Positions 11,054 to 21,177 are shown, numbered from the stretch's first letter. The stretch is DNA of 64,000 nt from a virus (IMGVR_UViG_3300025389_001023:1-64000), one strand, 5' to 3'. Made by a program: numbers and translations. Notes: generated by a model not told the origin, from the sequence alone.

Positions 11054-11269
11054 TTATCTTCTCCTAGTAATTCGACCTCTGGCTAGGTCATAGGGGCTGA
11101 ATTCTACCTCTACAGTATCACCTAGTAATACCTTAATATCATTTTTACGCATTTTGCCTGATATGTAACCTAATATTGTTGGGCCTGTTACTAGCGTAAT
11201 TCTAAATGTAGCGTTTGGTAATACTTCTATTACCTTGCCATCCATCTTAATACCTTCTTCTTTTGCCAT
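11054..11269 (-). CDS. infA: Translation initiation factor IF-1
   Basis: [18 protein letters not shown]...[10 protein letters not shown]...[14 protein letters not shown]. Confidence 0.95.
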   Translation of the reverse strand: MAKEEGIKMDGKVIEVLPNATFRITLVTGPTILGYISGKMRKNDIKVLLGDTVEVEFSPYDLARGRITRRR

Positions 11270-11282
11270 AATTAAATACTAT

Positions 11283-11666
11283 TCATTTCTGTAATATGCT
11301 CCAAATCTTTTCTTTTTCTTTGATTTCTTCTTCAAGTTTTATATACTGATTACGCAATTCACGTAATTGTTCCCACTTTTCTTCTAATTTTTCATTTGGG
11401 TGTAAGATAGCTAATTTTTCTTCAATCATTTCTATTGACTTTATAATGCTTTTACCTTGAATTTTAACATCACCTTCAAAGTTAGCATCACCTTTAACAA
11501 GTAATGTTGAGTTAGTATCGGTAGTACTAATAGTATTAACGCCACCCCAATTTGGATTAGAACCATTGCTATATAGATACTGACCTGATTGGCCTGTGTT
11601 GGGTGCAACTGTTATAACTGGTACAGCAGTATTATCGTTATTAAAGACGTTGTTTAATATGCTCAT
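11283..11666 (-). CDS. Hypothetical protein with C-terminal coiled coil
   Basis: ORF track; overlapping stop/start with neighbour. Confidence 0.6.
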   Translation of the reverse strand: MSILNNVFNNDNTAVPVITVAPNTGQSGQYLYSNGSNPNWGGVNTISTTDTNSTLLVKGDANFEGDVKIQGKSIIKSIEMIEEKLAILHPNEKLEEKWEQLRELRNQYIKLEEEIKEKEKIWSILQK

Positions 11667-11848
11667 ATTTTCCTAAGAATATATCGACCTTCATCATCGA
11701 TTTGAAAATCAATGGTGTCCCCTGGCTTCCATGACATGGCATCCAATAAAGGTTTGGGAATAGGTAATAACAAATCTTCGTTATCAGGATCTTTTTGTGC
11801 AATAACTTCGTAGCGAACGTGGTCAAGCCCGGGTTTATTTTTACTCAT
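11663..11848 (-). CDS. AbrB/MazE/SpoVT-like DNA-binding protein
   Basis: LPIPKPLLDAMSWKPGDTIDF pattern. Confidence 0.65.
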   Translation of the reverse strand: MSKNKPGLDHVRYEVIAQKDPDNEDLLLPIPKPLLDAMSWKPGDTIDFQIDDEGRYILRKI

Positions 11849-11891
11849 ACGTTATGATACTACTATGCAAGGGTAAATACAAGCGTTTTGG

Positions 11892-12332
11892 TTACCATGC
11901 ACGACATGACCAATAACGTGCTTTCCAACGTGGTCCAGGATTTTCACAGTGGTGTCTTGCCCTGAATGATTTACGATGTCCAGGACTGTTCTTTTTGATA
12001 CGCATGTTTTTGTCACCAAAGTTAACTTTAACTACATTACCTTTTGGTCCCTTAACATACACTTTAGATTTCTTTACATCACCTTTCATTGGCTTACCTA
12101 AGGGCACTTCACGACCTTGATATTTTGCTTCATCCAATTGCTTTTTAGCATCAATCATGATTCTGATTGCTTGTTCATCAATGTGGATAATCACGCCATC
12201 ATCAGTAAGGTCTTTGATTGTTGTTTCAATTAGTGTATCTCCCAATTCGATTTCAACTATATCACCAATTTGTGGCTCAGCGTATATATCTTCTAATTGT
12301 TCAATGATACTGCGAATGTCATCTGATTTCAT
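11892..12332 (-). CDS. Basic phage protein, probable head-associated
   Basis: KVYVKGPKGNVVKVNFGD...RKSFRARHHC...ARYWSC C-terminus; late promoter at 12356-12363. Confidence 0.65.
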   Translation of the reverse strand: MKSDDIRSIIEQLEDIYAEPQIGDIVEIELGDTLIETTIKDLTDDGVIIHIDEQAIRIMIDAKKQLDEAKYQGREVPLGKPMKGDVKKSKVYVKGPKGNVVKVNFGDKNMRIKKNSPGHRKSFRARHHCENPGPRWKARYWSCRAW

Positions 12333-13116
12333 TTAAAGTTTCCTGTATATTGTAGTATTTATCTAACCATGGCATTTTTTGTGCAATTAATGATTTTTGG
12401 TCAATTAAATAGTCAGAATAATATTTAATAATAGTATCACTAGCAGTTACACCAACAAATTCTTCAATTTTACGTAGTCCTACATTAATATCATATAACT
12501 CATCAATGCTTATTTTCAATATATTATCTTTATATTGTTCAGGTATAGGTGATGACATTTGAAAGTATGGATGATCCATACCATTAATTCTATGTGCTTT
12601 GATAAAATTTTTAACAACTTCGTCGGGCATTTCTTTGGGCCAATTGTAATTTTTTATAATTTCATAAGCCTCTGGAGAAAATTTTTTAACTCTTTCAAAC
12701 CAAAATTTATTACCCTCAGCACTAGTTCTATGATACCAGGCTTTGTGAAATAAATTACCTACAACCAGGTCTTTATCATCAACATCAACTGTGATGATAA
12801 CATTTTTAAAATTAGGATAGTATGTTACTAAATCGTCCCAGTCAGTTACAAAATGACTTTGTAATATAAAAGGTATAGATTTTTTGCTTCTAGTGATTTG
12901 TTTATAAGGCAAATCTCTTAATATGTCATACTCTTTATCAAGCATGTTAAACTTGTAATTGTATCTCAAAACATCTACAATGTGGTGAGCATTTTTTGTA
13001 GGGGAAATTAAAGGTGTATAATCAGTCAATAAACTGTAAATTAATGTAATCAGAAAGTTACCTGAACTTCCTCCTACGTAATTTACCAAATACATGTTAT
13101 CTAATCCATTGTGCAT
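12319..13116 (-). CDS. P-loop sulfotransferase-like protein
   Basis: YVGGSSGNFL loop; paralog of 13612-14376. Confidence 0.5.
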   Translation of the reverse strand: MHNGLDNMYLVNYVGGSSGNFLITLIYSLLTDYTPLISPTKNAHHIVDVLRYNYKFNMLDKEYDILRDLPYKQITRSKKSIPFILQSHFVTDWDDLVTYYPNFKNVIITVDVDDKDLVVGNLFHKAWYHRTSAEGNKFWFERVKKFSPEAYEIIKNYNWPKEMPDEVVKNFIKAHRINGMDHPYFQMSSPIPEQYKDNILKISIDELYDINVGLRKIEEFVGVTASDTIIKYYSDYLIDQKSLIAQKMPWLDKYYNIQETLNEIR

Positions 13117-13624
13117 AAATCATACTCAAAACGTTAATTGTCCTATCAGTAGTACTATCGTGGTGCTTGACTGCAATACCACCGTGATTTGCAAATGGAC
13201 CTAAATAAACTTCGTAGTCATCTACTAAAACATTTGGATGCCCATCTGTTAATGCATACTTATACTTATGTCTGTCAAAAATGCAACTACTACTAGTGCC
13301 TGGGTTATGTATATCTAACCAATCTTTTTTACCTTGTATACATGCCTCGGTTTCTATTTTAAAAGGTGCACTTAATACTGTAAAAGGTATTTTGTTATCA
13401 CGTAACCATTTAATGATTCGTAGTCCACCCTGCAAAGGTTGCAAATCTTTGAAAAAATTATAAACAACATCCGGTCCTTGTAATTTAACACGTAATGTGG
13501 CATTTTCTTTATCTTCTATGTGATCCCAACTTGGAACTTTATGTAATCTGGCCAGTGCATGGAATAAATCAGCTTGTACTCCATCCATATCCAAATATAA
13601 GTGAGGCATTCTTATATCAGCCAT
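13097..13624 (-). CDS. 5'(3')-deoxyribonucleotidase (NT5C/HAD)
   Basis: YLDMDGVQAD, LSAP, GKKDW and LVDD motifs. Confidence 0.85.
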   Translation of the reverse strand: MADIRMPHLYLDMDGVQADLFHALARLHKVPSWDHIEDKENATLRVKLQGPDVVYNFFKDLQPLQGGLRIIKWLRDNKIPFTVLSAPFKIETEACIQGKKDWLDIHNPGTSSSCIFDRHKYKYALTDGHPNVLVDDYEVYLGPFANHGGIAVKHHDSTTDRTINVLSMIYAQWIR

Positions 13625-14376
13625 GGCATTTTTTCTTTCACTAATTTATTTCTATTGTTTACGTATAAGTTATACGATTCTTTAGTAGCACTAGTTATAG
13701 TGTGCCCCGTAAAAATTCTAAGTCGTTCTAACATTTCATCAACATTGAATAATTCTTTATATGAAATTACTATCGTTTTGTCTGTAAAATCTTCCGGTAC
13801 TGGTGTAGTCATAAACCTAGCCCAAGATAAAAATTTTGGACCCATAATTTCTACCATTTTATTAAATATAGGTTCAAAATGTTCTAGTGTAAATTCATGA
13901 CCATCGTAGTCTTTGTTATAGATATCTTTGTATATTTGTAGTATCTCTTGGTACGTAATTGATTTTCGTTCTGCATCTTCAAATATCAAGTCGAAACCAT
14001 TTTTATACATAATATTTCCAATTAATTCAGGAACGTCTTCTTGTTCGTATTTTATAATAATAGTTTTAATAGTTGGAAATTTTTCCCTAATGGTTTCCCA
14101 GTCAGGATATGAGTGTGTTGTGACCAATCCAATGGGCGAATCACCCACAAAATTAAAATTTTTAAATGCATTAGGACCATTAACATACCAAGACCCACCA
14201 CCGTAATTGATTTCTTTATTCCAATTATTAGTCCATGGATGTTTGTAATGTGCAGAATTATACTTAGTAAATTCTATTTGAGAATCAGCATCATTTATTA
14301 TATTCCATAATATATTTGCTAAAAATCTGCCACTAGAACCTGCTACAAAACTGATTATATATTTGTCGTCATTCAT
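13612..14376 (-). CDS. P-loop sulfotransferase-like protein
   Basis: FVAGSSGRFL loop; likely start MNDDKY, 5 nt below GATAAATA. Confidence 0.5.
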   Translation of the reverse strand: MNDDKYIISFVAGSSGRFLANILWNIINDADSQIEFTKYNSAHYKHPWTNNWNKEINYGGGSWYVNGPNAFKNFNFVGDSPIGLVTTHSYPDWETIREKFPTIKTIIIKYEQEDVPELIGNIMYKNGFDLIFEDAERKSITYQEILQIYKDIYNKDYDGHEFTLEHFEPIFNKMVEIMGPKFLSWARFMTTPVPEDFTDKTIVISYKELFNVDEMLERLRIFTGHTITSATKESYNLYVNNRNKLVKEKMPWLI

Positions 14377-14454
14377 TGCTATATTTATCAACACAGGCCG
14401 GTGTTTATTGTTTTTTGAAATAAATACATGCTAATAAGGGAGAATAATAATAAA

Positions 14455-15045
14455 ATGGCCTTAATAGATTCAGTATTAAATTTAATAACAAAACAACCAA
14501 AAGACCCTAACGCGGTTAAACCGCCTGTGGGTTCACGTAGCGAACGTGAAGCTAAAATTAAAGATAAAGCAGGTATGGTTATTAGTGTGTTTGCACTAAT
14601 TTTAGCAGTTAATAGTTGGTACGGTGGTAAATTAAGTAGTTTAACACTTAACAACACAATTGCAGCCAATGACGTTTGGAGTTTTTATGAGGCTAAAAGT
14701 ATTAAACAAACTCTTGCAGAGCAAAGTTTAGATGATGCTATTGTTCGTAAAGACGAAAAGAAAATTGAAAGTTTGAAAGCTAAAATTGCTCGTTACGAAA
14801 GTGATCCAGCAACGGGTGAAGGTAAAGTAGAACTAATGGCAAAGGCTAAGAAATTAGAAGCCGAACGTGACCACGCTAAAAAGCAAAGTCCATGGATTGG
14901 TTTTGCAAGTACATTATACCAATTAAGCATTGTTGTATTATCTGCAAGTATTCTTGCGGTTAGTATGAGCATGTTCTGGGGCAGTTTCTTTGTTGCAGGA
15001 TTAGGACTACTACTATCAGCGCAAGGTGTGTTCCTCTGGTTCTAA
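14455..15045 (+). CDS. DUF4337-like membrane protein
   Basis: Transmembrane segments, ANDVWSFYEAKSIKQ, QLSIVVLSASI; SD AAGGGAGA before 14455. Confidence 0.7.
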   Translation: MALIDSVLNLITKQPKDPNAVKPPVGSRSEREAKIKDKAGMVISVFALILAVNSWYGGKLSSLTLNNTIAANDVWSFYEAKSIKQTLAEQSLDDAIVRKDEKKIESLKAKIARYESDPATGEGKVELMAKAKKLEAERDHAKKQSPWIGFASTLYQLSIVVLSASILAVSMSMFWGSFFVAGLGLLLSAQGVFLWF

Positions 15046-15057
15046 GGAGCCGGACTT

Positions 15058-15834
15058 GTGGATCCGCTAACACTCTTTGCCCTTGCCAACGGGGCAGTTG
15101 CGGCCGTAAAGAAAGGTTGCCAACTTTATAAAGATATCAAAGGTGCCGCCGGGGACATTAAATCTGTCCTCAAGGACCTTGACGACCAATTTCACTCTAA
15201 TCATCCACCCGATAAACCTGCTACAGTTACGCAACGTAACGCTTACATAGAAGAAAAAAATCGTGTAATAGAATTAAACAAAAAGCAAGGTGAGACCACA
15301 GGCATATACACAGAACTTGGTAACTACCTTGGAGACTTCTTTGATGCTATGAATCAATGCATGGCAGTTATAGAGGAGGAGGAAAGAAAAAATAAAGAAG
15401 AAATTTATAGCGGTGATGCTAGTTTAGGTAAACGTGCTTTGCAACTTGTATTAATGAAAAAACAATTAGAACAAATGGCTATAGAGTTACGTGAAATGAT
15501 GATTTATAATGCACCACCCGAGTTAGGTGCTCTTTGGACTGATGTTAGTGAAATGATGAAAGTCATGGGTGCCCAACAAAAGATTCTGATTGCTAAAAAA
15601 ATGAGAGCTGAAGAAGTAATTCAGAAAAGACGCAAAGCACGTATGAGGCAACTTACACAAGATGCTGTATTAGGTGTAGTAATCTTGTGTAGTATATTTT
15701 TAATCAGTGGTATGTTTATGTGGGTAGCATATGACAGGCAACAAAAATACCCTCAGTATGGGGATGGCTTGTTCCCCAAAACTGAAAAGGAACGTAGAGC
15801 AGAGGAGCAACCTCAAGTCTACGTAGGTAGATAA
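15058..15834 (+). CDS. Hypothetical coiled-coil membrane protein
   Basis: MDPLTLFALA N-terminus and C-terminal transmembrane helix; GTG start with AGGAG. Confidence 0.65.
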   Translation: MDPLTLFALANGAVAAVKKGCQLYKDIKGAAGDIKSVLKDLDDQFHSNHPPDKPATVTQRNAYIEEKNRVIELNKKQGETTGIYTELGNYLGDFFDAMNQCMAVIEEEERKNKEEIYSGDASLGKRALQLVLMKKQLEQMAIELREMMIYNAPPELGALWTDVSEMMKVMGAQQKILIAKKMRAEEVIQKRRKARMRQLTQDAVLGVVILCSIFLISGMFMWVAYDRQQKYPQYGDGLFPKTEKERRAEEQPQVYVGR

Positions 15835-16899
15835 TTATCCACGTTCAGGGAAATAATCCTCTTTCACACCTTCACGATGTAAATCACTTGTTATGCAATG
15901 CAATCCGCCGTCCCAAAAATATCTATGTCTAAAATTACATATGTGTGGAGTTATACCATATCTACTGAATGCATCAAATACTTTTCTATTGTATCCATTG
16001 ACAACTACGTTTTTCTTGTCAATCACTAACATGTTAACATCAAATACACTTTCTTCAGCATATCCAACCCATTGATTCATCCATCTTTCTACAAATCTAG
16101 TAAAATCTTCATTTAACTCTTCACCTGGCACCCACCATTTACCGTTATTTCTTTGTTTTAAAATTAAGAATGGTCCCATTTTTTGCCATGACTCACCGGG
16201 CAAATATACAATCTCCCAACCTGGGAATGTTTCAGCATAATTGTATTCTCCGACTATACTTACGATTAACCCCGGTACTACTGGAGTAAAACTTCCATCT
16301 GTGTGGCCTTGTGTAACAACCACACGCACACGATAATCAGGAAATAGTGAACTTAAATGGTCAAACTTACTTGGATCTTCGTCTGCATCTTCTAATGTGC
16401 CAATGTATAAATCCTTACCTAATCTAGTGGCCATAGCCGCATTTATTCTACGTTCAAAGCCTGAATATGGATTAGTAGTTGATGTCCCTAACAATATACC
16501 TTTTGAAGTAACACCGTTATTTTCACAATATTCAACAACATGTTTCCATTCTTTGGATTTACGCCAGTACAAATCACTACCCAACATGATAGATAAATCT
16601 CTAGGTTGCATGATATTACCTGGCGACTCTATTTCTCTACCATCTATAATTTCTTGTCGTACACGTTCTAATTGAGATTCAATGTTTGGTCTTAATACTT
16701 CAACATTGAAACTTTTCAATAGTGCAATTAATTTTTGATAGTCTTCTTCCGTCTCTTCGGCTATCTTATAAAATACTTTTCTAACTCTGTCATTTTTAAT
16801 ATAGTCGTATATTTCGGGTGGGTATGATTGACCCACAGCACAAACTTTAAGTGGGTCCCAATGTTGGTAAACTGAAAATGTCATAGTGTATCTGGCCAA
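15835..16899 (-). CDS. Amidinotransferase (glycine/inosamine-phosphate amidinotransferase family)
   Basis: WDPLK, MQPRD, GHTDG, FDVNMLV and FWDGGLHCIT (pentein catalytic His/Cys). Confidence 0.88.
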   Translation of the reverse strand: MARYTMTFSVYQHWDPLKVCAVGQSYPPEIYDYIKNDRVRKVFYKIAEETEEDYQKLIALLKSFNVEVLRPNIESQLERVRQEIIDGREIESPGNIMQPRDLSIMLGSDLYWRKSKEWKHVVEYCENNGVTSKGILLGTSTTNPYSGFERRINAAMATRLGKDLYIGTLEDADEDPSKFDHLSSLFPDYRVRVVVTQGHTDGSFTPVVPGLIVSIVGEYNYAETFPGWEIVYLPGESWQKMGPFLILKQRNNGKWWVPGEELNEDFTRFVERWMNQWVGYAEESVFDVNMLVIDKKNVVVNGYNRKVFDAFSRYGITPHICNFRHRYFWDGGLHCITSDLHREGVKEDYFPERG

Positions 16900-17213
16900 T
16901 CTCTAAAAAGTGCATGTTGAATATTACCATCAACAAATTGGTTAAAACTTTTATGTTTTGTTTCTAAATCGCCCTCTAGAGGTGCGACTCTTTTAAATGC
17001 TTCATCCATCTGAGCCATATTATTAAATTCCATCATAATATGCCATTCAGGTAAATCTTGTATGCTACGAAATCCCATTTTACATCTAGTGATGCGATAT
17101 GACTCCATTTTCTTTTCAGATACTAAATGATCCAGAAAACTTTTCATATTGTTGACCCAATTAAGGTCACTTATGTCTTGCGACTTGTCACACCATATAT
17201 GATATATATCCAT
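16881..17213 (-). CDS. DUF6614-like protein
   Basis: MDIYHIWCD...YRITRCKMGF...PEWHIMMEF. Confidence 0.55.
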   Translation of the reverse strand: MDIYHIWCDKSQDISDLNWVNNMKSFLDHLVSEKKMESYRITRCKMGFRSIQDLPEWHIMMEFNNMAQMDEAFKRVAPLEGDLETKHKSFNQFVDGNIQHALFRDWPDTL

Positions 17214-17650
17214 TAAATTGGTCCTAAAATTTCATAGCCATCTATTTGGCTTTTGTAGTTGTCTGCTAAACCCAAATATAAGTACTTGAATCCTTGACTT
17301 TTATAATAAGCACACTCATGTTGTAAACTTAATATTCCTAATTTCATTTCGGGATTATGATAATCCCATGCAAATTGTATTGATTCTGCATTTTCTCTGT
17401 CGTATCTTTTAACGATGCTAAATGCACACATTTTTTCATCTGGAAAATATGCAATAACATCGGTGTATTTGTCAAATAACAAACCGGTAAACAATGGCAT
17501 TACGCTTGTGAATTTTTTATAACTACAGTATTCACGATAGATATTTTGAATGGTATCCATGCGGTCATTACGCTCGGGCACCGTCAAGTAATGTCCAAAG
17601 TCTAATGTTTTGTAATTTGTTTCAGCTAGATTTATTCTACAGAATTTCAT
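17213..17650 (-). CDS. Aminoacyl-tRNA--protein transferase (ATE1/Bpt C-terminal domain-like)
   Basis: FAWDY...KLGILSLQHECAYYK..GFKYLYLG..YK matches the ATE_C pattern. Confidence 0.7.
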   Translation of the reverse strand: MKFCRINLAETNYKTLDFGHYLTVPERNDRMDTIQNIYREYCSYKKFTSVMPLFTGLLFDKYTDVIAYFPDEKMCAFSIVKRYDRENAESIQFAWDYHNPEMKLGILSLQHECAYYKSQGFKYLYLGLADNYKSQIDGYEILGPI

Positions 17651-17654
17651 TACT

Positions 17655-18149
17655 CTATTTAGTACGCCAGGACACTACGCTATCTAAATCATTTTTTGAC
17701 CAAACATCATAGTAACCTTTTTCTTTCAACTGGTTACTTGCTATTGTTAGTTTATCTAATTTTTGTAAGATAAGCAACCCACAATGACCAAAATTCATTT
17801 TTACATCGTTGATGTACTCAGGTGTGTGTGGGTGGTCTTCTAGTACTACATAGTTAATAGGTAACAATCGTTCATTGAGATAATGAACTATTTCTTGTAA
17901 TCTAGCTGGATCAATACTTTTATGGTCAAACGCAATGACCACAACTTCTTTATTATCTAAATGCTGTATGCAATTAATCGTGGTCATGTATAAATCACAT
18001 GAATCAGTATAAACAATCTCTATTTGATTATTGATTCTAGCTTGGCGAGCATAAGGACAAGGACTCCACCCATTCAATGACTCATTAGGTTTTTCTACGA
18101 AATTAATTAACCAACTGGTTAGTTGGTCTTTGATAAACTCTTGATTCAT
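17655..18149 (-). CDS. DUF1415-like protein
   Basis: W...FVE...CPYARQAR and DHP motifs. Confidence 0.5.
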   Translation of the reverse strand: MNQEFIKDQLTSWLINFVEKPNESLNGWSPCPYARQARINNQIEIVYTDSCDLYMTTINCIQHLDNKEVVVIAFDHKSIDPARLQEIVHYLNERLLPINYVVLEDHPHTPEYINDVKMNFGHCGLLILQKLDKLTIASNQLKEKGYYDVWSKNDLDSVVSWRTK

Positions 18150-18421
18150 TCAAATTGCTTTTTATCTTTTTTTGGAATATAATCTACACCAGCTATGGGT
18201 GTAAAATCTTTGCATACATTATTAATCATGTCTTCTCCATACTTAAGTGTAAGCAAACTAAAATGCTGGTCGATGTCTTTGTTATAATTATCAATACCAA
18301 TCATAAAATGTTGCCACCAACGAATCTTGGTTCCGGCATATTTTTTTATGATTGAATCTTTTTCAATGTCTTCAAAGTTATTGTTCTCACGGTAAAACGT
18401 ATAATATTTCATTGTTTCCAC
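18146..18421 (-). CDS. Hypothetical protein
   Basis: ORF track; fits the operon packing. Confidence 0.6.
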   Translation of the reverse strand: METMKYYTFYRENNNFEDIEKDSIIKKYAGTKIRWWQHFMIGIDNYNKDIDQHFSLLTLKYGEDMINNVCKDFTPIAGVDYIPKKDKKQFE

Positions 18422-18603
18422 ATCCTAAAGGCAACTAAGTCCTTTTCATTTTCAAAGTAAAACTGATATGTACCTACTGTGTTACCTGCAGGCTGTACGC
18501 ACTGGTACCCAAACTCACCCTCACAATTACGTTTTAACCAATCTACCATTGGTTCTAATTCACCAAATTGAATCTCAGTTTCAGCCCTCAAACTTAGCAA
18601 CAT
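18409..18603 (-). CDS. Hypothetical protein
   Basis: ORF track; WL...C...YQFYFENEKD..AF pattern. Confidence 0.55.
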   Translation of the reverse strand: MLLSLRAETEIQFGELEPMVDWLKRNCEGEFGYQCVQPAGNTVGTYQFYFENEKDLVAFRMWKQ

Positions 18604-19018
18604 CTACTTTACTTTTAATTAAAAAATCAATGCCATCTGTACTACGATAGGCATCACGATAAATCAATCTTGATATACCACTTTGATATATCAATTTAGC
18701 ACAATCTAAACAAGGTGCATGTGTGCAAAACATAACTGCATTCTCTCCTGCCTCAGTACTCTTTGCAAGTTTACTTATAGCATTTGTTTCTGCATGTAAT
18801 ACTTCGGGTTTGGTTTTTAATGTAATACCTTCTGCATCGGGATAAGTAATTTGGTCTTCGCAGTTGTTGTCCCATCCTGCGGGCATTCCATTGTATCCAA
18901 TACTAATGATTCTATCATCTTTAACAACAATAGCGCCAACTTTTAATCTTACTGCATGGCTAAGTTGTGCAGTACGTTCTGCAACATCCATAAAGTAATT
19001 TATAAATTTTTCTTTCAT
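18581..19018 (-). CDS. dCMP deaminase (ComEB-like)
   Basis: VGAIVV, GYNG, HAE and PCLDC zinc motifs. Confidence 0.92.
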   Translation of the reverse strand: MKEKFINYFMDVAERTAQLSHAVRLKVGAIVVKDDRIISIGYNGMPAGWDNNCEDQITYPDAEGITLKTKPEVLHAETNAISKLAKSTEAGENAVMFCTHAPCLDCAKLIYQSGISRLIYRDAYRSTDGIDFLIKSKVDVAKFEG

Positions 19019-19266
19019 TTTACGTAAAATGTTTCTATATGACTTTTAGCACGACTATCAGGTAAAACATCTAATACATAATTAACTGTGTCGTATTTTT
19101 CACAGAATGCTTTGCCTAAGGATTTACCATCTTTAATCTGTTCAAATAAATGATACTTACAAAAATCTTCAAACTCTTGTCTAGATATTTTAAAATCTCT
19201 ATCACCTTTACCCAGTGACTGTAATTCTAGTTGTCTTGCCATTTGGTCAAACATAATCAATCCCAA
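19015..19266 (-). CDS. Hypothetical protein
   Basis: ORF track. Confidence 0.55.
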   Translation of the reverse strand: MGLIMFDQMARQLELQSLGKGDRDFKISRQEFEDFCKYHLFEQIKDGKSLGKAFCEKYDTVNYVLDVLPDSRAKSHIETFYVK

Positions 19267-19793
19267 AGATTTCTATAATATTTACCAAACAATTCTAAAC
19301 CTTCTTGTATACGTTCATCATGAAGTTTGTGTCCCTCAGCATCATACCAATGTCTATCAGGGTTCTTATCAACCATTTGAAAGGTTTCTTCGTCTTTGCC
19401 TGTTATTGGATTGGGGAATGTTCTGTCAGTTTTTACCCAATCGAACTCTGGTTTACCATGATGATATAATTCATCATAATCATTTTTGACTAGTTGCTCG
19501 AAGGCCCAAATCATTTTATCAAGTGTTTCTTCCCAACGTTTGACACCTAATATAAAACAGTCATCATTTGATTCTTCATAAAAATCAAAACTTTGTTGCT
19601 CTGTATATTTTTCTCCGCCTACTTCTGCAAAATCATGAGGTACACCATGTTTAGTATTCTTAAGTTGTATCAATGCAGGGTAGATAATAAGTGCTAATGT
19701 ATGGTCAAGATTCCATGTGTCATGTCCCTCAATGGTAACATTGATTTTTCTGTTGTTGGCTTTTTTTGGAAACTTACCTAGGCTAACTTTCAT
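19257..19793 (-). CDS. Conserved phage hypothetical protein
   Basis: DTWNLDHTLA...HGVP...GLELFGKYYRNLWD. Confidence 0.65.
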   Translation of the reverse strand: MKVSLGKFPKKANNRKINVTIEGHDTWNLDHTLALIIYPALIQLKNTKHGVPHDFAEVGGEKYTEQQSFDFYEESNDDCFILGVKRWEETLDKMIWAFEQLVKNDYDELYHHGKPEFDWVKTDRTFPNPITGKDEETFQMVDKNPDRHWYDAEGHKLHDERIQEGLELFGKYYRNLWD

Positions 19794-20140
19794 AATGAAC
19801 TTTTAACATCTCCATTGATAAAATAATAACAATTTTTGTCGTGTACTACAACCGCTACATTGACGCCTCTATCTAATTTGGCTTTTTTTGCTAATTCTTG
19901 TACAGTATGTCCCTGGCAAATAAACGCCTTGTTATCAAAATCGTATAAGAACAATTGATTATCAGATTCTTCTACCATCATTTTTCTAACAATAATTTCT
20001 TCATCTTCGTCGGTTGTAAAACCCTGACGATGTGCTTCAATTTTAACTGCCTCACGAACACGCAATGAAAAAAACATTTCACCAAGTTTAAATCCAATTA
20101 CGAATACTGCTAAAAATGCTAGGATAGTGTCTAAGTCCAT
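19790..20140 (-). CDS. Hypothetical protein with N-terminal transmembrane helix
   Basis: ORF track; AATAAATA 6 nt upstream of the ATG. Confidence 0.6.
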   Translation of the reverse strand: MDLDTILAFLAVFVIGFKLGEMFFSLRVREAVKIEAHRQGFTTDEDEEIIVRKMMVEESDNQLFLYDFDNKAFICQGHTVQELAKKAKLDRGVNVAVVVHDKNCYYFINGDVKSSL

Positions 20141-20145
20141 GATTA

Positions 20146-20427
20146 TTATTTATTGATTGTTAAGTTAGACCATTGTTTTAATTTCTCAAACTTTTTCTTT
20201 TTAGCTTGAGAAATGCCTGCCTTGGACACTCCGATATTTAAGTCGGTAAGCAATTCAACCATTGCAAACAAGTCACCAATTTCTTCTTCAAGCATATTGA
20301 TGTTTGTTCTATCTTTACCTGGCTTCATTTGGTCGGGACCAAAACGCATACACTTACTTACTGCTTGTGTAACTTCTGCACATTCTTCCTGTAAAATTAA
20401 CAGTACTTCTCTGGTTTCTTCATTCAT
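20146..20427 (-). CDS. MazG-like NTP pyrophosphohydrolase
   Basis: EECAE...EEEIGD motif. Confidence 0.8.
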   Translation of the reverse strand: MNEETREVLLILQEECAEVTQAVSKCMRFGPDQMKPGKDRTNINMLEEEIGDLFAMVELLTDLNIGVSKAGISQAKKKKFEKLKQWSNLTINK

Positions 20428-20728
20428 CTTTTGTCAATACTTCTAATGTACCATTTGCGTTGGTTACTTTTTCTGTTAAGTGTTGCAATACACCTGCACC
20501 ATAACTATTCATTCCTTCACGACCTTTATAACAAATATAAAGACTTCCTGAATGATTAGTATACTCGAACCTGTCTTCAAACTCTACTGTTTCGGTAATG
20601 CCTGAACTAAGTTTCCAACTATCACCATCTAAATATCCACCATACCAATTGGCAAATACTTTGTCAATTGTTTCATCACCTGATGTTATCTTTACAACTA
20701 ACCATCTGTCTGGAGTGTATGTACTCAT
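20420..20728 (-). CDS. Conserved phage hypothetical protein
   Basis: YTPDRW...WYGGYLDGDSWKLSSG. Confidence 0.65.
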   Translation of the reverse strand: MSTYTPDRWLVVKITSGDETIDKVFANWYGGYLDGDSWKLSSGITETVEFEDRFEYTNHSGSLYICYKGREGMNSYGAGVLQHLTEKVTNANGTLEVLTKDE

Positions 20729-21177
20729 ATAGCATCTCCTAAATATTCTTCATGTTGAATCCACTTGTTATCTTTTAAGAAACCCCAATCACGTTGTTGT
20801 CTGCCCATAAAGAATAAACTCACTGTGGGCCTTTCTTCATCTAATTCTAACCAATGATACTCTTGTGCGTTGCGAATAATAATACTACCTGGACCACGCC
20901 ATCTAGAATACTCTGCAAATTTTTGACCTCTACTATTAAACACGGGTGTATGTTCCCAGTAACCACCACGCAATATGATTGTCATGTAACCCCAGGGATG
21001 GTCGTGAAAGATTGGATCATCACTCTTTACAATTTTATGTAGTGTGACATTGAAGGGGAACCATTTACGGTCTTTAAGAAAGATATAGTAACGATGCATG
21101 TAGTCTGCACCTGTTCTACGGTCAGGAATAAGGCGATATCTGCCTAATTTGTTCATGATGTTATGCAGAATTCCCAT
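20725..21177 (-). CDS. Cupin-fold protein
   Basis: HDHPW...GGYWE...YHWLEL cupin metal motif. Confidence 0.7.
   Translation of the reverse strand: MGILHNIMNKLGRYRLIPDRRTGADYMHRYYIFLKDRKWFPFNVTLHKIVKSDDPIFHDHPWGYMTIILRGGYWEHTPVFNSRGQKFAEYSRWRGPGSIIIRNAQEYHWLELDEERPTVSLFFMGRQQRDWGFLKDNKWIQHEEYLGDAI

Noticed and set aside
11283-11848. AbrB/MazE gene plus neighbour as a toxin-antitoxin pair
   Set aside because: The downstream ORF shows no PIN, MazF or other toxin motif.
15835-16899. Amidinotransferase as the archaeosine (G+) synthase for the que cluster
   Set aside because: Known G+ synthases (ArcS, GAT-QueC, QueF-like) are different folds; this gene is about 40 kb away in another operon, and no queC is visible.
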